Assembly: GCA_037137755.1 (NCBI GenBank)
Contig: JBAXJR010000004.1
Location: 14,552 to 78,551 of the forward strand
Origin: Methanomicrobiales archaeon
GTDB taxonomy: Archaea; Halobacteriota; Methanomicrobia; Methanomicrobiales; Methanospirillaceae
Reading direction: 5' to 3'
DNA: 64,000 nt
Both the position numbers and the translations under genes were made by a program. Position 1 is the first letter of the stretch, and each line of letters starts with the position of its first letter. Under the pieces are notes generated by a model, which was not told the origin of the DNA, ran no database searches, and saw only the letters and a program-made list of their open reading frames with translations. Shown here piece after piece: positions 1 to 10,594 of the stretch.

Positions 1-403
1 GGTCCTGGACTTCGACCGATTTTTTTACAAATGCAGGAGATTTTGACCTGCATTCGTCGGTCAGGTGCCAGACCACGGTCTGGCTGTCAGTGCGTATCCG
101 GGCGTGTGACCGTGGTGGCAGGTTTTCAAGCGCGAGGATGATGGCATTGAACTCCGCTTCGTTATTCGAGGCCCCCTTCTCGTACATGAAGTAGACCTCT
201 TCACCGGGGAACAGGGCCACGCTATGGCCATCCCCGCTCCCGTCGACCGTGATGTCCAGGCGCTCATGTGCCTGGGTGTCATCAGGGGATGGTATTCCCT
301 GGAATCTTTGTTTTAGCGGATAAAAGGGGTGGAAAAGAGTGGTTCCGTCCGAAAAAAGTGAGAGTATGGGGAGAGAGGGGTTCCCATCAGGGAATTGGAC
401 CAT
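1..403 (-). CDS. RNase H type-1 domain protein, 3' end cut by window edge
   Basis: The reverse frame is open from the in-frame ATG at 401-403 to position 1. It is absent from the ORF track because no stop lies in the window. The translation contains ITVDGSGDG, ASNNEAEFNAIILALENL and RIRTDSQTVV, which match the D/E/D catalytic spacing of RNase HI-like proteins. About 45 aa precede the core. Confidence 0.5.
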   Translation of the reverse strand, partial: MVQFPDGNPSLPILSLFSDGTTLFHPFYPLKQRFQGIPSPDDTQAHERLDITVDGSGDGHSVALFPGEEVYFMYEKGASNNEAEFNAIILALENLPPRSHARIRTDSQTVVWHLTDECRSKSPAFVKKSVEVQD

Positions 404-659
404 TGGGGCATGTTCCCGTGGCAGCAGGTTATGACCTCCCCGAGACCTATGATAGAATGATAGATTCACCACATATTTATTTATTTTGAAAAAGTGCCGG
501 CTTAACAGTTTTAAATTTTATAATCACGATGATTGAACAACGATCTCTCCCGATAAATTATTGCAGTCATTGATTCAGCTGATTATCTACTGTCGGGAAA
601 AACCGTGGAAAACAGATTATTGGTAAAAAATGGATTTTTCCGTTGCCACATGACCCTAA

Positions 660-679
660 AACCCCGGAGGACCGGGGTT
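660..679 (-). terminator. Hairpin plus short U-run immediately after the hisG stop
   Basis: AACCCCGG-agga-CCGGGGTT forms a perfect 8-bp stem that overlaps the last base of the hisG stop. Four U follow on the minus-strand transcript. Archaeal termination needs only oligo-U, so the role of the hairpin is uncertain. Confidence 0.3.
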
Positions 680-1551
680 CAGCGTACAATCTTCGTAATG
701 GGGATCTCGAGGATATCTTCTGCACCTGATGCCTTGAGCTTCGGAATGAGTGTGTTCACGAGGTTCTTCTGGACTACCGTCTCGATACTGAAGTAATCAA
801 TCCCGTGAAGCCGGGAAACGGTGGGTTTCTTCAGCGCAGGAAGGGTGGAGACCAATGATTCGAGCATCGCCGCGGGTACGTTCATTGTGAGGAGCACCTT
901 GGTGCGTGCCTCGATCACACCCATCAGGAGTGTAACAATCTCTTCCATCTCCCTACGTTTTACCGGGTCCTGGAAGGATTCACTGTTCGCGATGATGACC
1001 GTGTACGACTCCATGATCTGGCCGATAATCTTGAGCCCGTTCTTCCGGAGGGTTGTCCCGGTTTCAGTCAGGTCGACCACCACGTCCATCAGGTCCGGGA
1101 CCTTCGCCTCGCTCGCGCCATATGACGGGAACAGGCGGACGGGTATGCCCAGCTGACTGAAGAACTCCCGTGTCATCTCGGGGTACTCGGTCGTTACCCT
1201 GCTGTCCGGGCGGATCTCGTTCACGGTTGAGATCGGCTCATCACGGTGGACTGCGACCACTATCTTGACGTTTCCCTGACCGGTCTTGCTGTAATTGAGT
1301 TTTGCAATCTCTTTGACTTTTGCACCCGATTCATGGACCCAGTCAAGCCCTGAAATCCCCATGTCGAAATATCCCATCTCGATATACGAAGGGATTTCCT
1401 GTGGCCTGAGGATTTTGACCTTTCCTATCCGCTCGTCATTGATCTGCGGGTTGTAATCACGGTCAGTCCTCCTGACCCCGAGATCAGCCTCCTTAAAGAG
1501 CTGGAGGGTCTGTTCCTCAAGGCTCCCTTTGGGGAGTGCGATATTGATCAT
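679..1551 (-). CDS. hisG: ATP phosphoribosyltransferase (long form)
   Basis: Track ORF 679..1668 trimmed to the internal Met (MINIALPKGSLEEQTLQLF...). The resulting 290 aa has a typical HisG catalytic domain plus a C-terminal regulatory domain. Confidence 0.9.
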   Translation of the reverse strand: MINIALPKGSLEEQTLQLFKEADLGVRRTDRDYNPQINDERIGKVKILRPQEIPSYIEMGYFDMGISGLDWVHESGAKVKEIAKLNYSKTGQGNVKIVVAVHRDEPISTVNEIRPDSRVTTEYPEMTREFFSQLGIPVRLFPSYGASEAKVPDLMDVVVDLTETGTTLRKNGLKIIGQIMESYTVIIANSESFQDPVKRREMEEIVTLLMGVIEARTKVLLTMNVPAAMLESLVSTLPALKKPTVSRLHGIDYFSIETVVQKNLVNTLIPKLKASGAEDILEIPITKIVR

Positions 1552-1592
1552 AGGAAATAGAAATAGCAGGGAATGGATTAAACCCTGACGGT

Positions 1593-2852
1593 TCAGTCGA
1601 GCAGGTGGACAAGGAGGCCCGAGAGCAGTTTTGGCTCGAACCATGTCGATTTCGGGGGCATAATACATCCGGCATCGGCAATGGCAAGAACGGTATCCAC
1701 GTCGACCGGCTGCATGGAGAACGCCGCCATAAACTCCCCGCGGTCAACAAGGTCTTCAAGGTCACCAACAGGCCTCGCCCCGCCGAGGTACTGGAGCCGC
1801 GTGTCCCCACGTGGGTCGGTGATCCCCAGCAGTTTTTCAAGTACCAGTTTCTGGAGGACTGATACGTCCAGTGACTCGATCGGCCCTGCAGCCTCTTCGT
1901 ATGGCAGTGAGCACTCGTACCAGATGCCGTTCAGGTACATATGGAAGACATGGTGTGGCGAAAAGTAGAGGTCCCTCGTCAGGATCTGGTATGCAGTGGG
2001 ATCGACGCCGGATATCGAGGTCACCTCGAACGTCTGGCTGATTTTCCCGAGCAGTGTTTCAGGAGGGACCTTCTTCTGCTGTGTGACGAGCCGGCTGTAT
2101 CCATGGATGGTGACCTCCCGGTGCGAGAACAAAACGCCCATGAAATGCCCTGCCTCTTCCGATTTGTCTCCGTTTGCCTTTCTCTTTTCTGCGACGTTTA
2201 CTGCCGACTTGGCACGGTGATGGCCGTCGGCGATATAGGCGTCGATTCCCTGGAACATTTCCCGGATGCGGTTATATGCTGCATCATCAGTAATCCGGAA
2301 TATCTCATGTACCGCACCCTGTTCACTCCTTACTGTTGTAACAGGCGTTTGCCCCTTTGTGACCAGTGACTCGATAAACGGATAGATCCCGCCCGGGTCG
2401 TTATAAAGGAGGACAACAGGGCCCGTATGGGCGTTGACGGTATCGATATGCCGTGTCCTGTCCTCCTCCTTGTCATAACGTGTCATTTCGTGACGCCTGA
2501 TATGGTTTGATTGGTAATCTTCCACGTCGAGGCAACAGGCGAGGCCAAGGTAGCAGGTGTCCCCCTGGGTCACCCGGTAGAGATAGAGGGCCGGACTTTC
2601 GTCCTGGACCATTTGCCCGTTCCGGATCATCCCATGGAAGTTCTCCCTTGCCAGTTCATACACCGGCGGGTCATACGGTGAACCATCCGGTAGCAGTGCA
2701 TCAGAACGGCTGACACGGAGGAAACTCCCGCTGTTTTTTCTGATACACTCCCGCGCCTCTTCTGCACTTACGACATCATAGGGTACGGCGGCTATCCCCT
2801 GTGCATGTGCTGGTGCAGGACGCACCGCTGAAAAACGAAAGATCCTAACCAT
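1593..2852 (-). CDS. DUF1015 family protein
   Basis: About 420 aa, with MVRIFRFSAVRP, VPYDVV and YIADGHHR motifs characteristic of DUF1015. Start set to the ATG at 2852; an upstream GTG at 2864 is possible. Confidence 0.7.
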   Translation of the reverse strand: MVRIFRFSAVRPAPAHAQGIAAVPYDVVSAEEARECIRKNSGSFLRVSRSDALLPDGSPYDPPVYELARENFHGMIRNGQMVQDESPALYLYRVTQGDTCYLGLACCLDVEDYQSNHIRRHEMTRYDKEEDRTRHIDTVNAHTGPVVLLYNDPGGIYPFIESLVTKGQTPVTTVRSEQGAVHEIFRITDDAAYNRIREMFQGIDAYIADGHHRAKSAVNVAEKRKANGDKSEEAGHFMGVLFSHREVTIHGYSRLVTQQKKVPPETLLGKISQTFEVTSISGVDPTAYQILTRDLYFSPHHVFHMYLNGIWYECSLPYEEAAGPIESLDVSVLQKLVLEKLLGITDPRGDTRLQYLGGARPVGDLEDLVDRGEFMAAFSMQPVDVDTVLAIADAGCIMPPKSTWFEPKLLSGLLVHLLD

Positions 2853-2938
2853 GGAAACCGGCACTCACGTTCTCATATAATTGGGCCCTGATTCTATATG
2901 ATAGATATTATAGCAGTGACAAATGGTGATCGAGAGCA

Positions 2939-3403
2939 ATGGAAGGCGACCAGGTTCAGATCAGGCGGGCACGAATCACCGATGTCGATGCGATCGCTTC
3001 AATAGAGGCGGAATCGTTCCCTGATCCATGGGGTGGGGATATCTTTTCGGAATCAGTCGCCTGCTTCCCCAGTACATTCTTTGTCGCATCTCAGGGTAAC
3101 CAGCTCGCCGGGTTTGTTGTCGGGGGACTCGAGGACACCGGTGACGAGGTATACGGCCATATCTGCAACATCGCTGTATCAAAGGCATTCCGGAATGCAG
3201 GCCTCGGGAGACGGCTCGTCATGCGTATCGAGCACCAGTTTGCGCTGGAGTCAGCTTCCGGTGTCCAGCTTGAAGTCCGTGTCTCGAACCGGAAGGCCCA
3301 GAAGTTTTACCAGAAGCTCGGGTACCAGGACGTGTTCCGGATCGTGCAGTATTATGCGAACTGTGAGGACGCGTTCGTCATGATGAAATGGTTCAGGTTT
3401 TAA
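2939..3403 (+). CDS. rimI: GNAT N-acetyltransferase, RimI-like
   Basis: 154 aa with the acetyl-CoA binding segment IAVSKAFRNAGLGRRL, typical of ribosomal-protein-alanine acetyltransferases. Confidence 0.75.
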   Translation: MEGDQVQIRRARITDVDAIASIEAESFPDPWGGDIFSESVACFPSTFFVASQGNQLAGFVVGGLEDTGDEVYGHICNIAVSKAFRNAGLGRRLVMRIEHQFALESASGVQLEVRVSNRKAQKFYQKLGYQDVFRIVQYYANCEDAFVMMKWFRF

Positions 3404-3410
3404 AAAAAGG

Positions 3411-4028
3411 TTATTTTTTTTGGGCTTCGGAAAGCCGCTTGTTCACGGCATCCCAGTTCACGATATTCCAGAAGTTCTCAACATATTTTGCGCGGTCATT
3501 TTTATAATCTACATAATAAGCATGCTCCCAGACATCGAGCACCATGATGATCCGGAACGGGTACGTATTGACCCCGTGCTTTTCCACCTGCATGATCAGC
3601 GGGCGCATCGTGGTCAGGCAAAGAGTGAGCGCTGCCCACCCTGATCCCTCCGTGCTGTTCGCAGCCTGGGTAAACTCCTTCCTGAAACGATCGAATGATC
3701 CAAATTCGTCTGTAATCATTTCCGCAACTTTTCCTGAAGGTGCCCCGCCCCCGCCCTTTCCGGCAGGGGCCATGTTCTCCCAGAACATCGTATGCATCCG
3801 GTTCCCGCCGAGATGGAACGCAAGTTCCTTTAATGTAGCTTTCATGTCAAGGTCAAGATTTGCCTTTCTTGCGTTGTCCAGCTTTTCAAGGACTGCATTC
3901 GCTCCATTGACATAGGCCTGGTGGTGCTTACTGTGGTGCAGCCTGAGCTGCTCCTCGGATATGGCGGGTGCGAGGCCTCCGTAGTCGTAGGGCAGTGCCG
4001 GAAGGGAATATAGTTTAGGTTCGGCCAT
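3411..4028 (-). CDS. sod: Fe/Mn superoxide dismutase
   Basis: [11 protein letters not shown] at the N-terminus and DVWEHAYY at the C-terminus are the Fe/Mn-SOD metal ligand motifs. Metal specificity cannot be read from the sequence. Confidence 0.9.
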   Translation of the reverse strand: MAEPKLYSLPALPYDYGGLAPAISEEQLRLHHSKHHQAYVNGANAVLEKLDNARKANLDLDMKATLKELAFHLGGNRMHTMFWENMAPAGKGGGGAPSGKVAEMITDEFGSFDRFRKEFTQAANSTEGSGWAALTLCLTTMRPLIMQVEKHGVNTYPFRIIMVLDVWEHAYYVDYKNDRAKYVENFWNIVNWDAVNKRLSEAQKK

Positions 4029-4128
4029 AGTGTGGGAGTGGTCGTGCAGTTATATAATTGTTGGGGGTGCGGTAGATTAGAAAAAAGTATGTAGAACAGG
4101 AAGGGGTACTTCCTGCTATCTCCGGTTA

Positions 4129-5337
4129 TTATCCGCGTCCGAGCTGCTGGTGGGCACGCGCAAGGTGTCGGGCGCCAAGTGCACCGAGAAGCGACAATTC
4201 CCCGGCAAGGACACCGGATGCCACGATCTCGGCAAATTTACGTGCATGGGAGCCAGGAGGGTCCCCGCCGCCGGAAACCCCAAGGAGCGAAAGGCATTCC
4301 GCCTGTGTGGCGATACCGGTACCCCCTCCGACCGTCCCGACGTTCAGGGAGGGAATAGTCACAGCAATGTAGATGCCTCCCGGTGCCTGGTCGACGGTCG
4401 TAATGCAGCTGCTCCCCTCAACGACATGTGCAGGGTCCTGGCCGCATGCGATGAACATGGCTGCAATCACGTTGGCCGCGTGCGCGTTGAACCCGAGTGA
4501 ACCGGCGCGTGCTGAACCGACGAGGTTCTTACGGAGGTTCACCTCGGTAAGAGTCGCAGCATCGGTTTTTAAGACCTCGTGTATCAGCCCGTCCGGCAGG
4601 AATACTCCGGCAACCACGCTTTTTCCCCTGCCGCGTATCATGTTTATCGCTGCAGGCTTTTTATCGGAGCACATGTTCCCTGAAAGGGCAATAAGCCTCG
4701 CGGCCGTGGAATCTGCGATCAGGTCCGCGACTTTTGCACTGGCGATCGTGACCATGTTCATTCCCATCGCATCCTTGGTATCAAACTCCAGCCGGACAAA
4801 AACGCTGGTCCCGGTTACTGACGTCGTAACATCAAGGAACTTCCCGTGAGAAGTCGTGCTCTCTGCCACCTTGCGGATCTCCTCGCGGTGGGACGAGACC
4901 CAGTCCGCGATCTCCTTTGCATGGGCAACACTTCGTGCCGCAAAGACAGGTGCGCGGGTCATCCCGTCCCTTACAATCCGGACCTCTGCCCCGCCGGCCT
5001 TTGTGATCGCCCCGCAGCCCCGGTTGACCGAGGCGACGAGCGCTCCCTCGGTCGTCGCAAGCGGAAGAAAAAACTCCCCGTTTGCATATTCACCATGGAC
5101 GGCAAGCGGTCCGGCAACACCCACCGGCACCTGCACAGCGCCAATCATGTTTTCGCAGTTTTTCCTGACAATATTATCGATCCCGATGGAAAAGGAACCG
5201 AGGCTCCGGAGGTCAGAACCCGTTACCTGCTCGATATATGTCCTCCGGATGCGTACAGCTTCGGGCGGGGGAAGTTCCTTCTCGAGGGCATATAATTTAA
5301 GAGACCCGGACTTAAGTCTCTCAAGATAATCCTGCAT
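4129..5337 (-). CDS. hmgA: HMG-CoA reductase (class I type)
   Basis: EGALVAS, DAMGMNM and GTVGGGT motifs. Start moved to the Met at 5337 (MQDYLERL...) to avoid overlap with the divergent gene. Confidence 0.9.
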   Translation of the reverse strand: MQDYLERLKSGSLKLYALEKELPPPEAVRIRRTYIEQVTGSDLRSLGSFSIGIDNIVRKNCENMIGAVQVPVGVAGPLAVHGEYANGEFFLPLATTEGALVASVNRGCGAITKAGGAEVRIVRDGMTRAPVFAARSVAHAKEIADWVSSHREEIRKVAESTTSHGKFLDVTTSVTGTSVFVRLEFDTKDAMGMNMVTIASAKVADLIADSTAARLIALSGNMCSDKKPAAINMIRGRGKSVVAGVFLPDGLIHEVLKTDAATLTEVNLRKNLVGSARAGSLGFNAHAANVIAAMFIACGQDPAHVVEGSSCITTVDQAPGGIYIAVTIPSLNVGTVGGGTGIATQAECLSLLGVSGGGDPPGSHARKFAEIVASGVLAGELSLLGALGARHLARAHQQLGRG

Positions 5338-5387
5338 GAGATAATGTTTCTTTTCCGGGGTAAATGATTTAGTGGTGGAGTGTACAG

Positions 5388-6305
5388 GTGAAGGTCGAAC
5401 AATGGGCATTATTGGTCCCGAAAAAAAAGGGAGAAGAGAAACGGCAGAAGCTCATTGCAGACGGGCTGCTGGACGCCAGTCTTAAGCCATTTGTTGAAGG
5501 GGAAAACATTTTTTTCCCTTTGACCAGAAGTGGTGACGTGAGGTTGCGGGCATCATTCGACGCCCACGAAAAACAGTTGGCCGCGTTAGCACGCCATGAA
5601 CTAATCGGTGGTATCGCGGTAATGCAGGAGGGCGACAATGCGGCTGCAGAGGCCCTGTTGGCATCACGGCCTGGGATCCATACGGTGCTCGCCACGACAA
5701 GCGATGTACAGGGAGAATATCGTACAAAGGAGTTTGAGGTCCTGGCGGGTATCCCCACCACCCGGACGAGTGTCCTGGAATACGGGCACCGTTTTACCGT
5801 CGACCTTTCGGAGGCCTACTTCTCTCCCCGGCTTGCCACGGAGCGTCAGCGGGTGCTCCACCTGATGGGGGGAGATGAGACCGTGCTCGATATGTTCGCC
5901 GGGGTGGGGCCGTTCGCAATTACAATGAGTAAATTCGCCCGGCTCGTCATATCATCAGATATTAATCCTGCGGCAGTTATCCTGATGAAAGAAAACTGTC
6001 TCGATAACCGCTGTACCAATGTAATGCCCGTGCTTGCGGACTCCGGCAGGCTTTCAAAGATCCTGCCCTGGAAATTCGATCGCGTGGTGATGAACCTGCC
6101 CCTCCTTGCCCCACAGTTCCTGGAGGAAGCATTCCGGCTGTGCCGGCCGGGCGGGACTATTCATTGTTACGCGCTTGTGTCGTCCGTTGGGGAGCACCTT
6201 GAAAAAATCAGCACGTTTCAGCCTTCTGCGGTCAGGGAGCACACCGTAAGGTCGTATTCCCCTGGAAGATGGCATACCGTGTATGATATCACGGCTGGAA
6301 AATAG
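5388..6305 (+). CDS. Trm5/Taw2-family SAM-dependent tRNA methyltransferase (Met-10+ like)
   Basis: VLDMFAGVGPFAI SAM-binding loop, VVMNLP motif and FSPRLATER. GTG start. Trm5 and Taw2 cannot be told apart by eye. Confidence 0.7.
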   Translation: MKVEQWALLVPKKKGEEKRQKLIADGLLDASLKPFVEGENIFFPLTRSGDVRLRASFDAHEKQLAALARHELIGGIAVMQEGDNAAAEALLASRPGIHTVLATTSDVQGEYRTKEFEVLAGIPTTRTSVLEYGHRFTVDLSEAYFSPRLATERQRVLHLMGGDETVLDMFAGVGPFAITMSKFARLVISSDINPAAVILMKENCLDNRCTNVMPVLADSGRLSKILPWKFDRVVMNLPLLAPQFLEEAFRLCRPGGTIHCYALVSSVGEHLEKISTFQPSAVREHTVRSYSPGRWHTVYDITAGK

Positions 6306-6322
6306 ACGGAAAAAGAGGTTCC

Positions 6323-6715
6323 TTATTCATCCGGCACATACTTCGTGCCGTAATAAATAACCCCGCTTGCACCGTCCGCCGCGATCCGGCGGAATGTTCC
6401 CTTCACGCGCATCCCGATCTTCACATCTTCGGGAGGACAGACGATCTGGGCGGTAATCCGCGGACCTTCATCGAGTTTGACAATTGCGAGGGCATAGGGT
6501 GTGAGGTCTTCAAACTGGTCACTCGCTGTCCTGATGATCGTGTGGGTCACCACGGTCCCTGTACCCTTGAACTTATACTCCACGATCTCACCGCTGCGGC
6601 GGCAGTCGGGACAGAATGAACGTGGAGGGAAGAAATGCCTCCCGCATGTCTTACAGACCGTCCCAATCAGGTTATACCGCTGTGGGATCTTTCTCCAGAA
6701 CCTTGCTACTGACAT
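6323..6715 (-). CDS. DUF35 OB-fold / zinc-ribbon protein (thiolase-HMGCS scaffold type)
   Basis: CKTCGRHFFPPRSFCPDC zinc ribbon followed by an OB-fold. It lies 5 nt downstream of the thiolase gene. Confidence 0.85.
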   Translation of the reverse strand: MSVARFWRKIPQRYNLIGTVCKTCGRHFFPPRSFCPDCRRSGEIVEYKFKGTGTVVTHTIIRTASDQFEDLTPYALAIVKLDEGPRITAQIVCPPEDVKIGMRVKGTFRRIAADGASGVIYYGTKYVPDE

Positions 6716-6720
6716 GGCCT

Positions 6721-7884
6721 TTACACCCCGAAGATATGCACGGCAACCGTTGCACCGGTACCACCCACGTTATGGGTCATTCCAATCTTCGCTCCATCGA
6801 TCTGGCGACGCTTGGCATCGCCGCGCAGCTGGGTCACAATTTCGTAGACCTGCTTGATGCCCGTTGCCCCGACCGGGTGTCCGCAGGCCTTGAGGCCCCC
6901 GCTGGTATTGACCGGCAGGTCACCGTTCAATGCGGTCACACCTTCCATTGTCAGCATTCCTGCTTCACCTTTTTTACAGAACCCGAGGTCCTCAATTGCG
7001 CAGATCTCGGCGATGGTAAAGCAGTCATGCACCTCGACGAGGTCGATCTCTTTTGGGGTGATCCTGGCGGTTTTGAATGCCCGTTGTCCCGCGGCCACCG
7101 TGGCGTCGAGCGTCGAAATATCTCTCCTGTCGTGCAGGGTGATGGTGTCGCTTGCCTGCTCACTCGCGAGTACCCGTACAGGGGTATCGGTAAATTCACG
7201 GGCACGGTCCAGGGGCGCTACGATTACCGCTGCAGCCCCGTCCGTAATTGGTGAGCAGTCGAAAAGCCGCAGGGGATCTGCAACAAGTGATGACCTGAGC
7301 ACCGTGTCGATCGTGATCTCCTGCTGGAACTGCGCAATTGGATTTCTTGCACCATTATAATGGTTTTTCACTGCGACCTGAGCAAGCTGTTCCCGCGTCA
7401 GCGGGTAGCGGCTCATGTAGTCAGTTGCGATCATCGCGTAGAGGCCGGGGAAGGTCGCTCCGACAAACCCCTCCCATTCACGGTCCGCTGCACCGGCAAG
7501 CGCATCCACGCTCGCACCAGTCCCGACGTCGGTCATCTTCTCGACTCCCGCCGCAACAACGATGTCTTCCATGCCACTGGCGACTGCGATCACAGCCTGC
7601 CGGAACGAAAGTCCGCCTGAAGCACAGGCAGCTTCAACCCGGGTCGACGGGATGTGCCGCGTGGAAAGGCCGGAGTAGTCCGCAATCAGTGCGCCGATAT
7701 GCTCCTGCTCGATAAAACGACCGGCACTCATGTTTCCGACATACATCGCGTCAATGTCCTCACCAGACAGGTTTGCATCGTCAAGTGCGAGGGTGCCTGC
7801 CTCGACAAAGAGGTCGCGGAATGAACTTCCCCATTTTTCCCCAAAGGGAGTACAACCGATCCCGATAACTGCTACTTCTCTCAT
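6721..7884 (-). CDS. Acetyl-CoA acetyltransferase (archaeal thiolase)
   Basis: Thiolase fold with the catalytic Cys region VEAACASG and C-terminal [14 protein letters not shown]. Overlaps the HMGCS gene by 4 nt. Confidence 0.9.
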   Translation of the reverse strand: MREVAVIGIGCTPFGEKWGSSFRDLFVEAGTLALDDANLSGEDIDAMYVGNMSAGRFIEQEHIGALIADYSGLSTRHIPSTRVEAACASGGLSFRQAVIAVASGMEDIVVAAGVEKMTDVGTGASVDALAGAADREWEGFVGATFPGLYAMIATDYMSRYPLTREQLAQVAVKNHYNGARNPIAQFQQEITIDTVLRSSLVADPLRLFDCSPITDGAAAVIVAPLDRAREFTDTPVRVLASEQASDTITLHDRRDISTLDATVAAGQRAFKTARITPKEIDLVEVHDCFTIAEICAIEDLGFCKKGEAGMLTMEGVTALNGDLPVNTSGGLKACGHPVGATGIKQVYEIVTQLRGDAKRRQIDGAKIGMTHNVGGTGATVAVHIFGV

Positions 7885-8933
7885 TCCTGCATCACGATTT
7901 TCCCTTTGTGTTTTGCATACTGTGCATACTGGATATATACCGGGCTTTTCAGGAGCTGTTCTACCGAAGGGGCGGAAGCCCGGTTAAAGTCTGACGATTC
8001 GATTACATCTGTCACGGAGATATCGAATGCATCGCTTCCTGCCCCGGAACCGAATGAACAGACAAATATCCTGTCCCCACCTTTAGCGATATCAAGGGTG
8101 GCAGCAAGTCCGATCATGCTCGAGCCACTGTAGGTATTCCCGAGTCTTGGGACAACAAGCCCCGGCTTTATCTGGTCCATGGAGAACCCGAGAGTTTTTG
8201 CGACTTTCTGGGGGAACTTCGCATTCGGCTGGTGGAACACTGCATAATCATAGTCCTTTGCCGATTTACCGAGTTCTTCCAGCATGAGACGGCTGGCACC
8301 CTCGACATGTTTGAAATATCCCGGGTCACCGGTAAAACGGCCCCCGTGCCTTGGGTAGTCCTGCCCCTCCCTCCGCCAGAAATCCGGGGTGTCAGTGGTA
8401 AACGAGCACGTGTGATTGATCCGTGCAATGGGGTCCTGCCTGCCTACCAGGAATGCTGCGCCACCGGCTGCCGCGGTATATTCAAGTGCGTCGCTTGGGG
8501 CCCCCTGGGCCACATCGGAGCCGATTGCAAAGCCGTACTCAATCATGTTGCTTTTCGCAAGGCCCATGCAGGTCTGGATTCCGGCAGTCCCTGCCTTGCA
8601 TGCGAACTCGTAGTCGGCTGCCATCATCCTCGGGGTTGCCCCGATCGCTTCACCGACCGTGCAGGCCGTTGGTTTCACCGCATAGGGATGTGATTCACTT
8701 CCGACATAGACTGCCCCGATCTTCTCCGGGTCAATATGCCGCCGTAACAGCGCATTCCTTGCAGCTTCCACCGCGATGGTTGCCGTGTCCTCATCGAGGT
8801 CAGGGACCGATTTTTCAAAAACTCCGAGGCCGCCGGTGATATCACTGGCATTTGCGCCCCATACTTTGGCGATCTCTTCAACCTTAATGCGGTATCGCGG
8901 TATGTATACACCGTAGGTGATAATTCCTACCAT
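7881..8933 (-). CDS. Hydroxymethylglutaryl-CoA synthase
   Basis: 350 aa with [21 protein letters not shown] and FHQPN motifs typical of archaeal HMGCS. Confidence 0.9.
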   Translation of the reverse strand: MVGIITYGVYIPRYRIKVEEIAKVWGANASDITGGLGVFEKSVPDLDEDTATIAVEAARNALLRRHIDPEKIGAVYVGSESHPYAVKPTACTVGEAIGATPRMMAADYEFACKAGTAGIQTCMGLAKSNMIEYGFAIGSDVAQGAPSDALEYTAAAGGAAFLVGRQDPIARINHTCSFTTDTPDFWRREGQDYPRHGGRFTGDPGYFKHVEGASRLMLEELGKSAKDYDYAVFHQPNAKFPQKVAKTLGFSMDQIKPGLVVPRLGNTYSGSSMIGLAATLDIAKGGDRIFVCSFGSGAGSDAFDISVTDVIESSDFNRASAPSVEQLLKSPVYIQYAQYAKHKGKIVMQE

Positions 8934-9658
8934 TTTTCTTCCCTCAATGCGCTTACGATTTTGTCAATGCTCATTTCTGTACAGAGTACCGTGATCCGGT
9001 CCTTTTCTGCCATTTTCGCCACAAGCGGGTGCACTTTCGACGCTTCGATCCCCTGCAGCACTACGCACCTCGGTTTGAACGGTGTTACCCTGATGGCGAC
9101 CATGGGTGATTTCCCGGTGGACACGTTGGTAAATATCAGGGCTCGTTCGGTGCTCCAGCCATAGATGCGGTTGAACTCGTTGGACGAGAGGTTCAGGATC
9201 GCGTTTAAGCTGTTGACGACCGTGTAGCCGAAGATCGTCTGGTCCATCGACCCGCAGATTGGTGTGCAGGCAATTGCGCTGGAAAGCAACCCGAGCGGGA
9301 CGGGGTTGGCGTAGTCGTGCATGTCATAGATGACATCCTCGTCAAAGTCGCTGTACAGCATCTTTGCAAACTTCTGAATGTTTTTGCCGCCGTTCGCCTC
9401 GTCAATCGAGAGGATTGTGTCGACAATTTTTCCGACAACGGCAGTCCCGGGGCTCTTTCTCCGCCCACTTTCGTAGTCACTGATGACCGAAGGTGAAACC
9501 TCAAGATGGTCGGAGAGCACCCCCTGGGGAATGTCAAAACTCATTCTCCATTTCTTCAGGGCCTTTCCCGGAGAGTCCGATAGCGTAATTTCCCCAGCCA
9601 TTTTTTCGGCCAGCTGATTCCGCAGTCCGGATTTCATGGTCAAGTACGTAAAACTCAA
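8927..9658 (-). CDS. XRE-type HTH transcriptional regulator, archaeal
   Basis: HTH segment [28 protein letters not shown] plus a roughly 150-aa C-terminal domain. Overlaps the HMGCS start by 7 nt. The true start may be an internal Met. Confidence 0.6.
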   Translation of the reverse strand: MSFTYLTMKSGLRNQLAEKMAGEITLSDSPGKALKKWRMSFDIPQGVLSDHLEVSPSVISDYESGRRKSPGTAVVGKIVDTILSIDEANGGKNIQKFAKMLYSDFDEDVIYDMHDYANPVPLGLLSSAIACTPICGSMDQTIFGYTVVNSLNAILNLSSNEFNRIYGWSTERALIFTNVSTGKSPMVAIRVTPFKPRCVVLQGIEASKVHPLVAKMAEKDRITVLCTEMSIDKIVSALREEKW

Positions 9659-9931
9659 AAGATATTATAATTAACGAATGTGACTTCGACATTTCACGAA
9701 TTAATGGGTGGAAAAAATATCGTAAACAGTATGGAAAGAATACCGGTATTTCATGGTTTCAAAAGACCCTCGCTTGTGACATTCTGGTTTTTTGGTACCG
9801 GAATTTTTGAACTCCTAACAATTTCAAAGCGAAAAATTGACGAAACGATTCATGTTCCCCATGATTTTTTTCCGGTGCCGTTTCCGCATGATGCCAACTC
9901 ATAAATAATAAGCATCTCAATTTTGATAAGC

Positions 9932-10594
9932 ATGATACCCCCTGAAGACCTCCAGTGTCTCAAGGTAATAGCACTGCGGGGTGGTTGTAAAGGCCCCATC
10001 TTTGTTTCATCGCAGACCATAGGTGAGATGCTTGCAATAAGCCAGCAAACCGCATCACGGCGACTGAAAGGACTCGAAACGCGTGGGTTCCTCACGCGGA
10101 CGATCGTACCTGACGGCCAGCATGTAACCCTGACCGGGGCCGGGGAAGCAGAGCTCCGTAAGGAGTACCAGGAATACAGCCGGATTTTTTCCGAGCACAA
10201 TAAGGGGTATGTCCTGAACGGGACCGTGGTCAGCGGTATCGGGGAGGGCAAATATTACATGAGCCTCGCACCTTACAAGGAGCAGTTCAATACTCACCTG
10301 GGGTTTGAACCCTACCCGGGCACACTCAACATCCGCCTCTCCTCCTCAAGCATACCGGTGCGCAAGAAGATCGATGCACTGGAGTGGATCCGGATCAAGG
10401 GATTTTCAACTGACGGCAGGACATTTGGCGATGCAAAGTGCCTCCCCTGCCGTATCGGGGAAATATCCTGCGGCATTGTCATGCCGGGGAGGACACACTA
10501 CCCTGAGGACATCATAGAAGTGATCGCACCGATAGCCCTCCGCAGGAAACTTGGTGTCGAAGACACCGACACGGTAACCGTTGAGGTGGAGTAG
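9932..10594 (+). CDS. ribK: CTP-dependent riboflavin kinase fused to an N-terminal winged HTH (RbkR-like)
   Basis: The N-terminal roughly 90 aa look like an HTH (ISQQTASRRLKGLETRGFL). The C-terminus carries GEGKYYM, YPGTLN and other motifs of archaeal MJ0056-type riboflavin kinase. Confidence 0.8.
   Translation: MIPPEDLQCLKVIALRGGCKGPIFVSSQTIGEMLAISQQTASRRLKGLETRGFLTRTIVPDGQHVTLTGAGEAELRKEYQEYSRIFSEHNKGYVLNGTVVSGIGEGKYYMSLAPYKEQFNTHLGFEPYPGTLNIRLSSSSIPVRKKIDALEWIRIKGFSTDGRTFGDAKCLPCRIGEISCGIVMPGRTHYPEDIIEVIAPIALRRKLGVEDTDTVTVEVE

Noticed and set aside
61-489. Suspected frameshift or pseudogene in the RNase H-like gene at the left edge, and track ORFs 61..282(-) and 268..489(+)
   Set aside because: On a first pass I found no in-frame start for the RNase H frame and suspected a frameshift. 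Recounting base by base showed I had dropped a nucleotide. An in-frame ATG exists at 401-403, so the gene looks intact. The two track ORFs are in other frames or on the other strand and have no recognisable similarity.
9680-9904. 74-aa track ORF in the divergent spacer upstream of ribK
   Set aside because: It lies in an A/T-rich promoter region. Its composition is hydrophobic and Phe-rich, as expected from T-runs. It has no motifs and no Shine-Dalgarno sequence.
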